The notes under the pieces are model-generated. The model was not told the origin of the DNA. It ran no database searches and saw only the letters and a list, made by a program, of their open reading frames with translations. 64,000 nucleotides of DNA, from NCBI RefSeq assembly GCF_004010195.1, contig NC_057756.1:3628785-3692784 (forward strand). Reading direction: 5' to 3'. This DNA is from Chiloscyllium plagiosum. Lineage: Eukaryota. Both the position numbers and the translations under genes were made by a program. This document shows, one piece after another, positions 13,337-25,712 of this stretch (the stretch's first letter is position 1; each line of letters begins with the position of its first letter).

Positions 13337-14200
13337 GATGTTGGACTGGGGTGTACAAAAGTAAAAATCACAGAGCAACAGGTTATACTCCAACAGGTTT
13401 ATTTGGAAGAACGAGATTTCAGAGCGCTGCTCCTTCATCAGCTGGTCGTGGAGAATACCAAAGGTTCACTGTGTGAAGTAACTGACATTGCATATTGAAA
13501 AAGACCTGGATTGTTTGTACAGTCTGTCATAACAGGCACACACACACGTGCACAAATACACGCACACGCACTCCCACAGATACACACGCACGCAGACCCT
13601 TTCTCACATGCTCACGCTTACACTCCCACACAGACCCTCTCACAGAAACATACGCTTTTACTCAAACTCAAACTCAAACACGTACACACACTCTCTCACT
13701 GGCATAATAGCCCACAACACACACACACACACATGCACATATAACTTTGTGGAATGCATTTGTACTTGCAGAATTATGTTTTATCTTGCTCAAATAAACT
13801 GCATAAATCCATACTTTTTTAAAGATTCTAATCAGACTGACCATTGTGGCACAGACTGCCTCACACAGGAAAGTTAATACCATCAATACATTATCTGGGC
13901 GACATGAAAGCAATTGTTAAAGTTCACTTGAGAAGTTAACTTTAAAAAAAGTTTTGCAATTACATATGAAAGAACCGAAACCAACATGCTCATTCTAAAA
14001 GATGAGACACTTAACAAACAATCCAGTTCTTTTTCTATATATAATTTCGGTTGCATCAAAGTATAAACTTTTGCTGTAAATCTTGTGTACTACAATCTTA
14101 TTCTCCACAGCTACCTGATGAAGGAGCAGCGCTCCGAAAGCTAAGTGCTTCCAATACACCTGTTGGACTATAAACTTTTGTTGTGTGAATATATAAATTT
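13337..14200. mobile_element. Penelope-like non-autonomous element with inverted pseudo-LTRs and a CA-rich interior
   Basis: 13360-13457 is the inverted copy of 14099-14200; CTGATGAAGGAGCAGCGCTCCGAAA at 14115-14139; CA-rich tract at 13537-13740. Confidence 0.75.
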
Positions 14201-14401
14201 GAAATCTACTCAATGATGTGTACTCCACAGCCTTTTACTTACAAAACCAAACTCTCGAATTTATATAATACCATCACGTTAATGACATGATACTCGTGGC
14301 GTGCAGGGGTTGGTGGCAATGTTTCAGACTCTCATTTAGATTTCAAAATATAATGAGATATGACATTGAGAGTAGTGTTTCAGAACGAAAAATGCAGAGT
14401 G

Positions 14402-14453
14402 ATGTCTGACTGCCTTTTGTGCTGTGTGTTTGGAGTCTTAATACGGAGAGAAG
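14402..14453 (+). CDS. Speculative leader-like exon MSDCLLCCVFGVLIRRE (phase 1 end)
   Basis: ATG at 14402, hydrophobic core, strong donor AAG|gtaagg; upstream acceptor gtgtttcag ends at 14383; no homology recognised. Confidence 0.2.
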
Positions 14454-15759
14454 GTAAGGCACATCAGCAAAGTTACTTCATAAGTTCTGAATAATTTTAG
14501 AGTTTAAAGATTCAATATGAAGTGAAACATATCTATGCAGTTTCAGTTGTTTTATGCTTTGTGGTATATTTCAAGAAGGAAGTCAAACGATGCTGGAGCA
14601 ACGATTTCTGAGCACGACCTTCATCCAAGTCGCTTTTTGTCATGCAGAGTATGACACCTCAGAAAAAAACAAGGTCGTTTAAATTTCCGAGTAAACTTTG
14701 CACCACAACCTTATCATGGATGGCGTGGAATAGTACACAGCTTGCGAAACCAAAGATCAATAATCTGCAACTATTCCTGGAATCCTTCCTTTTTCCAAAA
14801 ACCGTGCGAAAATACCAACAAGGCAAAGAAGAATTCACGTAATTGCAGCACTATTGAAATATGTAAACATACACACATGCATAACAAAAAAATTGATTGA
14901 ACGACTGCTTATCAATGGTTCCAGTATAACACCATTCCACGAAGATACCCTTTGGCAAATACCAAATCAAAAAAAGAGATTTTCCTCACGGGTTATTTCC
15001 TCTACAGTCTCGGAGACAGGAATCTTAAAAGCAACAATCTAACAACAGATAGAGAATTTCAGTTTTTTTTCTACTGCAGAGGAGTGTGATATGTATCATA
15101 TTGAACATCTGTATTGTAAACACATCTAAAAGCATCGCGAAAGCCTAGGACCTGTGTGAGCCTGGCTCTCTCAATGCATAAATCTCTTGACTAATAACTA
15201 AATACTCAACGAGTTTAAAATTGTTTGTCCACATCTTTTGAACCTGACATTTCAGCTTGAATTTGGCAACACCTCCACACACAGAACAAATTTCTGTTAA
15301 AGGAATGGAAATTTCACAACTCCCAGCATAATGACCGTGCAATATCGGGCTTTTGCAAGCTCCTGTCTGGGGCATATCCACTCCCATCTTCTTTGTATCT
15401 TTGTTTTAATTTTGCTTCTTCCCGTTTCTTCCAACATTTTATTTCCTTTTATTGTCCTTTTCTCTTCTTTTCTTGGTTGGTTGATCAGAACCAACAGTAT
15501 GGCAGCGAGAGCAGCCCCAATGCGGAGTGGTCTATGTGGCATCTCTCAAAGATAGAGTAATGCAGCAGCAAAGGCATTCAACTGGCGATTGGAGTCTGGC
15601 AACAGGAAATGCGGCCACCGTAATTTGCAGTCTGTGGCAGTATCTTAAGGAAACTGCAACCTTCTGGACTCATAATCGAGAAATTATAACTTCAGGACAT
15701 TTATCACTTAGTGTGCTATTGTGATTAACTAACAGTCCCCATGACCAGCCGTCCACCCT

Positions 15760-16000
15760 CCTAGCTAGATTACTATACATTTGTTTGTCTGTCAAACAGC
15801 TCCTCTCTCTCTGCGGGTTTCATCCTCATCTATCATTTAGTCCTTCTCCCCTCGCCGACCTGATTTTTTGCATTAAAACTGACATCATGCGAGCTGCTAC
15901 TAGTTTTATGGAAGAGTCACTGGACACAAAACTTTAATAATGATTTTTCTCCACAGATGCTGCCAAACCTGCTGAACCTTTCCAGCATTTTCTATTATTG
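15760..16000 (+). mobile_element. Penelope-derived short repeat fragment
   Basis: ggaagagtcactggacacaaaac...tctccacagatgctgccaaacctgctgaacctttccagca; related to the reverse-oriented copy at 17070. Confidence 0.6.
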
Positions 16001-16424
16001 TCTCTCATCTAATTACTCCCTCCTCACACTTGCGTCATTAAAATACCATTTGAGCATTATTAACACGACTCATTCTGTGAGTTTGTATTCTCTCTGACGT
16101 ACTTATTGAATTGGTCACCTCACTTAATTTCCGTTCGATTTGATAGGGTGCACTTCCCTTAACAGTGACACTTTTCACTAGTAGTATAGCTAACACTTCA
16201 GCCCGACCTGCGACACTTGCAATTTTCATCTGCTTCCTGTTTCATCAGATACTGTAATACATTTAAATACTCTGTTGTCAAGTCTCTTGCTCTTATTCGT
16301 TTCTCCCTAACATTGGACAATTAGATGAATAACGTAATCTCTACACATTGACAAACATATTTATCCTACATGAAGTTAAATGGCCCCGTCACCTCATCCC
16401 CAAAAGCGAATTTTATTGCAAGGT

Positions 16425-16760
16425 TGGGGTGGCACGTCGCAACAGTGATTAACACTGCTGCATTGCAGTGCAAAGGACCCCGCTTCAATTCCAGCCTGGG
16501 GCTATGGTTTATGTGGAGTTTTCTCATTCTCCCTATGTCAAAATGGATTTTTTCAGTGCTCTTATGTCCTCTCACAATTCAAAGATATGCAGGTTAGGTG
16601 AATTGGTCATGGTAAATTGCCTGTAGTTTGCAGGGATGTGTTGGTTAGGTGCATCATTTAGGGGTAAATAGAGAGTAACAGTTGAGGAGAATGTTTGGAG
16701 GGTCGGTGTGAACCTGTTTGGCCTAATGATCTGTTTCCACAGTGTATAGACTTTATGAAT
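16425..16760 (+). mobile_element. HE1-like tRNA-derived SINE (V-SINE type) with CR1-like tail
   Basis: tRNA-like head gtggcacg..cagtgattaacactgctgc..ttcaattcc; core tgtggagttt..cattctccc..aaagatatgcaggttaggtgaattgg; tail ggtcggtgtgaacctgtttggcctaatgatctgtttccac. Confidence 0.8.
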
Positions 16761-17069
16761 TATTTAATTGAAATAGATTGAATTTAGATGATTATTTGAG
16801 TTCGTTCATAATTACAAAAAGTAAAACTGGAACTCATATATCTCAATTCTCTGGATAGTCCTGACTATCAGCCATCGACAAATTCTTTAAAATTTGATGC
16901 CACTCTTCTAATGTTCTCAGCTATTCCGAATGTTAAGCAGTTGACTTACTTTTTTCTTCTCCAAAGCAATCGTCAATTAACTTCGATGTAAATTTTGATG
17001 CTGACTCCAACCTTATCTCTGTGAGTAGTGAATACTGAGTTAAAAAATAGTAACTCGTCGACAACAACA

Positions 17070-17600
17070 TCGGAAACTGCTGGAAAAACTCAGCTGGTGT
17101 TGCAGAATATGTGAAGATAAATTTAAAAAAAACTTTTCAGGTCCTTTGGCACGTCCTCAGAACTGATAGTAAGAAGGAAAAATGCAGTTTGCGTGCAGAG
17201 GATGGAATGGAGGGGGAAGAATGGAGTGGGGGCACGCAGTAAACGATAAGTAAACATTTAGCCCAAAGAAATAGAAGAGCAGCTCGACAGAAAATGAGTT
17301 GATGATATCTGGTTGACAGTTTTAATACATGTTTATCGGGACCTTTATTGACAAACAATATTTCGGTCATAACAGACGACTTGATGTCAAGGCTTGGGGT
17401 TTGGGGTAGGGAGCTGGGATAAGGGGGAGTTTAAATCTTAAAATTATTGAACTCAATATTTAGTCCAGATGGCTGCAGTGCCACCAAGTTGATATTGAAG
17501 TGTTGTTCTTCCAGTTTGCACTGAGCTTCATTAAGGCACTGCATCAAGTATGAGACAGAAATGTTGAATAGGGTGAACTTTTGAAGTGGTAGGCAACGGG
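17070..17600 (-). mobile_element. Penelope-derived repeat fragment
   Basis: Starts gaaactgctggaaaaactcagc, the reverse complement of the 15960-15990 motif; ttcttccagtttgcactgagcttca is typical of the Penelope 3' region. Confidence 0.6.
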
Positions 17601-19290
17601 AAGCTCGGAATCTTTTTCACTGCAGAAGTTACGCATTTTGCGTCAAAAAATGAAGATGCGGCAGGCTCAATCATTATGGTAAAAAAACTTGCTGTTTGTT
17701 TCAAGGAGGGTATCGACACAATCAATTATTATTTTTACAAACAGATCCTCAATTGCTGGAGTACGCATTAAGAATGCAGGCTTTTGCAAAACACTGAGAG
17801 TTCCCTATTAGATGACATCAGTACTATTTTGGATAAAATTTAACAACACCTTTACGATTTCCAGGTCAATAAAAACGTTATTTTGTATTTCGTCTTGCAT
17901 TTTTCTTCCGCCCAAATGACCTGTTATGATTAACTCAGGTGCTGCTTGCACCATTTTCATTCAATATACTACCGGCAACATAACGTGTTAACCTCAGTCC
18001 ATTTCTCATCCGCCTAACGATTTTATTATCTACAATTCATTACCAAGACTTCAGTTCGAACAAAAGAAGATTATGACATAAACACGGATTATTTTGTGCA
18101 CGCGTTTTGATCCAACTGATTTTTCTTTCTGGCGTTCTGTTGTAATTCACAGAAGGAAACGTATACACTTTGTCTCCCATCCATTTTCCTTCCCTTTTTC
18201 TCTCAAACATTTAATCAAATACAGTTTCTGATCACTGAACGCCAACTTACTTTTATTTATAATTTTTAATTTCCTGTCGTGGCTTCACCTGTGGCTTTGT
18301 GTACTTTTATTAAACATTCAGCGCGAATCCCAGGAAAGACTTCTGTCCCAAATTAATTAATTATTTTTCCATTTTATTTTCGAAAATAACAGACATCACT
18401 CACACTTGCAGTCCAGCTATATTGTTGTGGAATATCAACTCTATATCCGACAAAAAAAGCTTAATTTCTCCGACTATCACCAACACCTTCCTCCAGACTC
18501 CCCAACAACGCCTCAAAGAATATAACATTAATCTTACCAGTCGGAATTACACATGTTACACACTTTTGTTGCCAAATGTTCTTTCTGAAGTACACATCTC
18601 CACGTCTCTCGCCATCAAAATTGGTCTTGCTCCACTATCTCTTCAATCTTGCTATCGATACACATTTGGTACACGTGAGTAAACCAGACCGATGAGTGTT
18701 TTTTTTTCAAACACATCTGGCACTTTGTTCTCAATCAACCCTTGACAATGCTATAGATTCTTTTCTGCAGCTTTCTAACGTCCACTATAATCTACTTTAT
18801 CACTTTAGCAAACTTCACTTTATTTCATCCTGTCTTACCACATTTCTCTTTCCAAAGTCTTTTTCAATCAACAACGTGGCGACTTTATGTCTCTTACTTC
18901 CTTCCTGTGAAAACATTTGAGCTTTAGTTCCTTCTCTTCCAGACTCATGCGTTTCCTTTTAACCTGCGTTGAAATATCTCTGTTCTATGTCTCTCCTTTA
19001 TTCCCTTACAACCTGAACATTTATTTTTGTAACTAACTTCTTCTTTCTGACACAGCTTGAAACTGAAGTTAGAAGTCAATACTTAATATCTGAACAAACC
19101 CACTATCATTTGTCATTTCTCTGGCTATCTTGCAGTTTTAACTCGTGGTCTTCCATATGTTTTCTCAGTACACGAAGAAGGGATTTTTGAAATCCTTCCA
19201 AAATAACTGTCTCTCAAATACTCTTACATATTTCATATATTGTCAATGTGTTTATTAAATTCTGAAAGTAATGTTGTTTGGTCCTTGCAG

Positions 19291-19368
19291 ACACTGCAAG
19301 ATTCACCAATCTCCCTCCTCAGATTGTAAAACATGGCTTATTCGGTTCAGGCACTAGTTTATATGCAC
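19291..19368 (+). CDS. Speculative 78-nt symmetric exon (phase 1: xTARFTNLPPQIVKHGLFGSGTSLYA)
   Basis: Acceptor tttggtccttgcag, donor CAC|gtaaga, open frame, length a multiple of 3. Confidence 0.25.
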
Positions 19369-19567
19369 GTAAGATTATATTCTCATTCTCTTTATTCTCC
19401 AGATCCCTCTTATGATCGTGAGGCAAACACCTTACTAGCTCAACAGTCCAACTTTTTTTGACTACTTAATACCAACATGGGCAGTGGCAACATCATTTGC
19501 TTAAGCACATGCTCAAATGAAAACTAAAAGTCTTCTCTGTCTTTTCACCACTATCGCAACATTTTGA

Positions 19568-19678
19568 CATATAGAACATAGAACATAGAACATAGAAGAA
19601 TACAGCGCAGTACAGGCCCTTGGGCCCTCGATGTTGCGCCGATCCAAGCCCACCTAAACTACACTAACCCACTATCCT
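19568..19678 (-). mobile_element. Short 5'-truncated CR1 3' end with (TTCTATG)n tail
   Basis: (catagaa)x3 followed by tacagcgcagtacaggcccttgggccctcgatgttgcgccga, the reverse complement of a CR1 3' terminus like that at 24060-24116. Confidence 0.85.
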
Positions 19679-20213
19679 ACCAAGATCCCTCTGCTCTGCT
19701 CATATTAAAACAGATATTCACCAGGTATTTTACTACAATGAGTTAGTCCTTACTCATTGTCGTCATCACTATCCCCACCCCTCACCTTTGTCTCGGCCAT
19801 AATTGGCCACTTTTTATTTCCAGTTTCTGGAGTTAAAAGAACTTTCTGCCTTGTTTGTCTTTCTTCAACCACTTACACTAGTAAGGTTATTCTTTAATTT
19901 ATTTTCTTGTGCCTCTAAAGCAAGGTACAGCGGGCGTACAGAGAGGGGAGCCGGAAGGTAAGCGGAGACCAGTTTAAAATTAACGTTTTTCTTTTCGCAG
20001 TCTGTGTTTCTTTTTTCAACGAGGAGCAGGAACCCGAAAGTCGTCAACAGAGGCTTCTGGGAAGGTAAGAGATTTGAGTGGAGAAGGAACCCGAGACACT
20101 ACACGTGTAGTGCCTCCCACCCTTCCTCCTCCTCTAACTTAAAAAAAAAGGACTCAGTCGGCTGAACAGGTAAGCTACTTAGTGTTCCTATTTTGGATAC
20201 TAAGTGTAGAGTT

Positions 20214-21160
20214 ATGACCGCGCAGGTCGTGGAATGCTCCTCCTGCAGGATGTTTGAGGTAGGGGTGACCACCGATGCTCCTGCCGACTTCACCTGCGGG
20301 AAGTGCAGCCAGCTCCAGCGCCTCACAGACCGCGTTAGGGAACTGGAGCTGGAGTTGGATGAACTGAGGATTATTCGAGAGGCTGAGAGGGTGATAGATA
20401 GAAGCTACAGGGACATAGTTATGCCAGAGAACAGATGTAGCATGTAGCTGGGTAACAGTTAGAGGTGGGAAGGGGAGGAAGCAGACAGTGCAGGAATCCC
20501 CTGTGGTCGTTCCCATCAACAATAAGTATACCACTTTGGATACTGTTGGGGGGGGACGGCCGAGCAGGGAAACGTTGCAGTGACTGGGTCTCTGGCACGA
20601 GGTCCGGCTCTGAGGCCCAGAAGGGAAAGGTGGAGAGGTGGAGAGCGCTCGTTATAGGAGACTCTCTAGTTCGAGGGACAGACAGTCGGTTCTGTGGACA
20701 TGGGCGAGAGTCTCCGATGGTTTGTTGCCTCCCGGGTGCCAGCGTCCGAGACGACTCCTAACGTGTCTTCAGAATCCTTAAGGGGGAGGGTGTGCAGCCA
20801 GAAGTCGTGGTGCACATTGGCACCAACGACATAGGTAGGAAGAGGGGTGGGGAGGTCATTCAGGAGCTCAGGGAGTTAGGCTGGAAGTTAAAAGCTAGGA
20901 CGGACAGAATCGTCATCTCTGGGTTGTTGCCGGTGCCACGTGACAGTGAGGCAAGGAATAGGGAGACAGTGCAGTTGAACACATGGCTGCAAGGATGGTG
21001 TCGGAGGGAGGGCTTCAGGTATTTGGACAATTGGACTGCATTCTGGGGAAGGTGGGCCCTGTACAAGCAGGACGGGTTGCACCTGAACCAGAAGGGCACC
21101 AATATCCTGGGAGGTAGGTTTGCTAGCACTCTTCGTGGGGGGGGGGTTAAACTAATTTGG
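20214..21160 (+). pseudogene. CR1 ORF1: CxxC..CxxC zinc finger, leucine zipper and SGNH/GDSL esterase (disrupted)
   Basis: MTAQVVECSSCRM..CGKCSQLQRLTDRVRELELELDEL; LVIGDSLVRG; VVHIGTNDIG; DGLHLN; 7-bp duplication ATGTAGC near 20435-20448 causes a frameshift; TAA at 20759. Confidence 0.9.
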
Positions 21161-21279
21161 CACGGGGGCGGGATCCAGACTTGTCCGGCAAGTAGGTTAG
21201 TTGTTTTTCAGGATGTCCAAGAATTTTGGGAGGCTGTGGAGAAGGTAGCACTGACAGTGAATACTTGCGGACACAGAGA

Positions 21280-24040
21280 TGGGCTCAAGTATGTATACTT
21301 AAATGCAAGGAATAGCAGAAATAAGGTGGGTGAACTTAAGGCGTGGATCGGTTTTTGGGACTACAATGTTGTGGCCATCACGGAAACGTGGATAGAAGAG
21401 GGGCAGGAATGGTTGTTGGAGGTTCCTGGTTACAGATGTTTCAGTAAGATTAGGGAGGTGGTAAAAAAAAGGAGGGGGGCGGGTATCGTTGCTAATTAGA
21501 AATGGCATAACGGCTGCAGAAAGGCAGTTCAAGGGGGATCTGCATTTGGAGGTAGTATGGGCTGAAGTCAGAAATGGGAAAGGAGCAGTCACCTTGTTGG
21601 TTGTTTACTATAGGCCCACCAATAGCAGCAGAGATGTGGAGAAACAGATTGGGGAACAGATTTTGGAAAGATGCAGAAGCCACAGGTTAGTAGTCATGGG
21701 CGATTTCAACTTCCCAAATATTGATTGGAAGCTCTTTAGATCAAGTAGATTGGACGGGGCGGTGTTTGTGCAGTGTGTCCAGGAAGCTTTTCTAACTCAG
21801 TATGTAGATTGTCCAACCAGAGGGGAGGCCATATTGGATTTGATACTTGATAACGAACTGGGACAAGTGATGGGCTTGTTAGTGGGTGAGCATTTTGGTG
21901 ATGGTGACCACAATTCTGTGACTTTCACCTTGGTTATGGAGAGAGATAGTTGCGTGCAACAGGGCAGGTTTTACAATTGGGAGAACGCTAAATATGATGC
22001 TGCAAGACAGGATCTGAGGAGCATAAATTGGGAGCACAGGCTGTCAGGGAAGGATGTCCTTGATATGTATGTACCTGTCAGGCAGGAAAGAGATAGTCGT
22101 GTGAGTCTTGGTTGATGAGGAAGGTTGAATGTCTTGTAAGGAGGAAGAAGGAGGCTTAGATAAGGTTGAGGAAACAAGGTTCAGGCAGAGCGTTGGAGGA
22201 ATACAGGATAGCCAGGAGGGAGCTGAAGAAAGGGATTAGGAGAGCTAAGAGAGGGCATGAAAAATCTTTGGCNNNNNNNNNNNNNNNNNNNNNNNNNNNN
22301 NNNNNNNNNNNNNNNNNNNNNNNNNNNNNNNNNNNNNNNNNNNNNNNNNNNNNNNNNNNNNNNNNNNNNNNNNNNNNNNNNNNNNNNNNNNNNNNNNNNN
22401 NNNNNNNNNNNNNNNNNNNNNNNNNNNNNNNNNNNNNNNNNNNGAGGTCTTGAATGAGTACTTTTCTTCAGTATTTACAAATGAGAGGGACCGTATTGTT
22501 GAAGAGGAGAGTATGAAATGGACTGGTAAGCTAGAGGAGATACTTGTTAGGAAGAAAGATGTATTGGTCATTTTGAAAACCTTGAGGATAGACAAGTCCC
22601 CCGGGCCTGACGGGATATATCCTAGGATTATGTGGGAAGCAAGAGAGGAAATTACAGAACCGTTGGCAATGATCTTTCTGTCTTCACTGTCAATGGGGGT
22701 GGTGCCAGGGAACTGGAGAGTGGCGAATGATGTGCCCCTGTTCAAAAAAGGGAGTAGGGATAACCCCGGGAATTACAGGCCAGTTAGTCTTATTTTGGTG
22801 GTAGGCAAAGTAATGGAAAGGGTACTGAGGGATAGGATTTATGAGTATCTGGAAAGACACTGCTTGATTAGGGACAGCCAGCACGGATTTGTGTGGGCAA
22901 GGTCTTGCCTTCCACTCTTATTGAATTCTTTGTGGAGGTGACCAAGCATGTGGATGAGGGTAGAGCAATAGATGTAGTGTACATGGATTTTAGTAAGGCA
23001 TTTGATAAGGTTCCCCATGGTAGGCTTATGTCGAAAGTCAGGAGGCATGGGATAGTGGGAAGTTTGGCCAGTTGGATAGAGAACTGGCTAACCGGTCGAA
23101 GTCAGGGAGTGGTGGTAGATGGTAAATATTCAGTCTGGTGCCCAGTTACAAGTGGAGCTCCACAAGGATCAGTTCTGTGTCCTCTGCTGTTTGTAATTTT
23201 TATTAATGACTTGGAAGAGGGAGTTGAAGTGTGGGTCAGTAAGTTTGCAGACGATACGAAGATTGGTGGAGTTGTGGATAGTGAGGAGGGCTGTTGTCGG
23301 CTGAAAAGGGACTTAGACATGATGCGGAGCTGGGCTGAGGAGATGCAAATGGAGTTCAACCCTGTCAAGTGTGAGGTTGTCCATTTTGGAAGGTCAAATA
23401 AGAATATGGAATACAGGGTTAACGGTCGGGTTCTTAGTTAGGTGGAGGAGCCGAGGGATCTTGGGGTTTATGTTCATAAATCTTTGAAAGTTGCCACTCA
23501 GGTGGACAGAACTTGTAAGAAGGCCTATGGTGTATTAACGTTCATTAGCAGAGGGATTGAATTCAAGAGTCATGAAGTGATGTTGCAGCTGTATAGGACC
23601 TTGGTAAGGCCACACTTGGAGTACTGTGTGCACTTCTGGTCGCCTTATTTTAGGAAAGATGTGGAAGCTTTGGAGAGGGTGCAGAGGAGATTTACCATGA
23701 TGTTGCCTGGAATGGAGAATAGGTCGTACGAGGATAGGTTGAGAGTTCTAAGCCTTTTCACATTGGAACGGCGAAGGATGAGGGGTGTCTTTATAGAGGT
23801 TTATAAGATAATCAGGGGAATAGATAGAGTAGACAGTCAGATACCTTTTCCTCGGATACAACAGAGTGTTAAAAGGGGACATAAATTTAAGTTGAAGGGT
23901 GGATCGTTTAGGGGGATGTTAAGGGTAGGTTCTTTACCCAGAGAGTGGTGGGGGCATGGAATGTTCTGGCTGTGGGATTGGCAGAGTCAGAATCATTGGT
24001 GACCTTTCAGCGGCAATTGGATCGGTACATGGATAGGTGC
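21280..24040 (+). pseudogene. CR1 ORF2: APE endonuclease plus reverse transcriptase (frameshifted, includes an N gap)
   Basis: YLNARN, AITETW, MGDFNFP, GDHNSV; KSPGPDG, NYRPVSL, DFSKAFDKVPH, PQGSVL, KFADDTK, RPHLEYCV. Confidence 0.95.
22273..22443. other. Assembly gap (N run)
   Basis: Run of n. Confidence 1.
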
Positions 24041-24329
24041 TTAAGCTTGGACGAATGTTCGGCACAACATCGTGGGCCGAAGGGCCTGTTCCGTGCTGTA
24101 TTGTTCTATGTTCTATAATTTGCTGTTGAATTTTAGACTTGTTCAGTCATTTGGATTGCATTGCTTGCAATATAAACTTTGAGCCATTGCTTCACATATC
24201 TTATTGTTTTGCCTGGGCAACCATAATTTCATCTTGTCTCCTTATTCTGAAAGGTTTGCCTGACTAACCTTCTATAAACCACCTTAAGTGACTTCTTTCA
24301 CAGGCATGAAGCTAAAGCAAAAACGAATT

Positions 24330-24460
24330 AACAGAGTCTTACATACATTCATGCAGGTGTTGAGCAAAGAGCAATGTAACTCTGCACATACAAATTCACC
24401 CCACAAATGTATGTGTGTACACGTGCAGGCAAGGATCCCATGATGCATGGTACATTGGTA
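24330..24460. mobile_element. Fragment of the same Penelope-like family as 13337-14200, opposite orientation
   Basis: ttgagcaaagagcaatgtaactctgcacatacaaattcaccccacaaa resembles the reverse complement of 13745-13795. Confidence 0.5.
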
Positions 24461-25051
24461 AAACCGGAATTCTAACACTCTGCCGTCATTAATCAACTTT
24501 GTTACTTCTTCAAAAAACTGAATCAAGTTTGTAAAACATGATTCCCCATGAACAAGCAATGTTGACTATCCCTAAACAATCCTTGCCTTTCCAAATACAT
24601 GTACATTCTGTCCCTCAGGATTCCCTCAAACACCTTGCCCACCACCGACGTCAGGCTCACTGGCCTATACAGGGAAACCACGATTATCCGAATGTGATGG
24701 ATGGGCACTATTTTGTTCAGATAATCAATTATTCGGTTAATCGATTTAAGGCCTTTCCTCTGGGCCCGGAGTTTTTAAAGTCTCCTCCTCGTTCAGGAGA
24801 CTGCAGCAGCACAGCGCGCAAGGCGCCAACCTAAGCACCGCCCCAAACCCGTCCAACACCACCTCCCCTCACCCAGTCCCATCCCATGTCCTCCCTCAAA
24901 CCCCCCGGACACTGCACACCTGCCCCATCCCCAAAACCTCCCCCGGCCCACAACACCACCACTCGTCTCAGTCCAACTCTGCCCTTGCCCCCATCTCTGC
25001 ACAGCACTGCCCCAGCCCCCTCTCCGTCCAACTGCCCTCGCCCCCTCTCCA

Positions 25052-25621
25052 NNNNNNNNNNNNNNNNNNNNNNNNNNNNNNNNNNNNNNNNNNNNNNNNN
25101 NNNNNNNNNNNNNNNNNNNNNNNNNNNNNNNNNNNNNNNNNNNNNNNNNNNNNNNNNNNNNNNNNNNNNNNNNNNNNNNNNNNNNNNNNNNNNNNNNNNN
25201 NNNNNNNNNNNNNNNNNNNNNNNNNNNNNNNNNNNNNNNNNNNNNNNNNNNNNNNNNNNNNNNNNNNNNNNNNNNNNNNNNNNNNNNNNNNNNNNNNNNN
25301 NNNNNNNNNNNNNNNNNNNNNNNNNNNNNNNNNNNNNNNNNNNNNNNNNNNNNNNNNNNNNNNNNNNNNNNNNNNNNNNNNNNNNNNNNNNNNNNNNNNN
25401 NNNNNNNNNNNNNNNNNNNNNNNNNNNNNNNNNNNNNNNNNNNNNNNNNNNNNNNNNNNNNNNNNNNNNNNNNNNNNNNNNNNNNNNNNNNNNNNNNNNN
25501 NNNNNNNNNNNNNNNNNNNNNNNNNNNNNNNNNNNNNNNNNNNNNNNNNNNNNNNNNNNNNNNNNNNNNNNNNNNNNNNNNNNNNNNNNNNNNNNNNNNN
25601 NNNNNNNNNNNNNNNNNNNNN
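25052..25621. other. Assembly gap (N run)
   Basis: Run of n. Confidence 1.

Positions 25622-25707
<86 letters not shown>
25622..25707. repeat. (CA)n microsatellite
   Basis: Perfect CA run adjoining the gap. Confidence 0.99.

Positions 25708-25712
<5 letters not shown>

Larger units (their letters stand above)
19925..24116 (+). mobile_element. Young, near full-length CR1 LINE (HER1-like) with ORF1 and ORF2, disabled by a few frameshifts and stops
   Basis: ORF1 zinc finger/zipper and GDSL esterase; ORF2 endonuclease and RT motifs; 3' tail ttgttctatgttctat; CpG-rich 5' region. Confidence 0.95.

Noticed and set aside
15297..15542. Minus ORF with hydrophobic IGAALAAILLVL followed by a basic tail
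   Set aside because: In-frame stop immediately upstream of the ATG, no homology recognised, and the basic part is only the complement of a pyrimidine tract
16967..17020. 21-nt or 54-nt exon candidate; DVNFDADS faintly resembles the B30.2 start DVTLDPDT
   Set aside because: Stop in phase 1, weak donor context and no continuation into PRY/SPRY motifs
19340..19374. FGSGT motif followed by a phase-1 donor, resembling a TCR/Ig J segment
   Set aside because: No credible heptamer-spacer-nonamer RSS upstream, and the segment looks too long; kept only as a generic exon candidate
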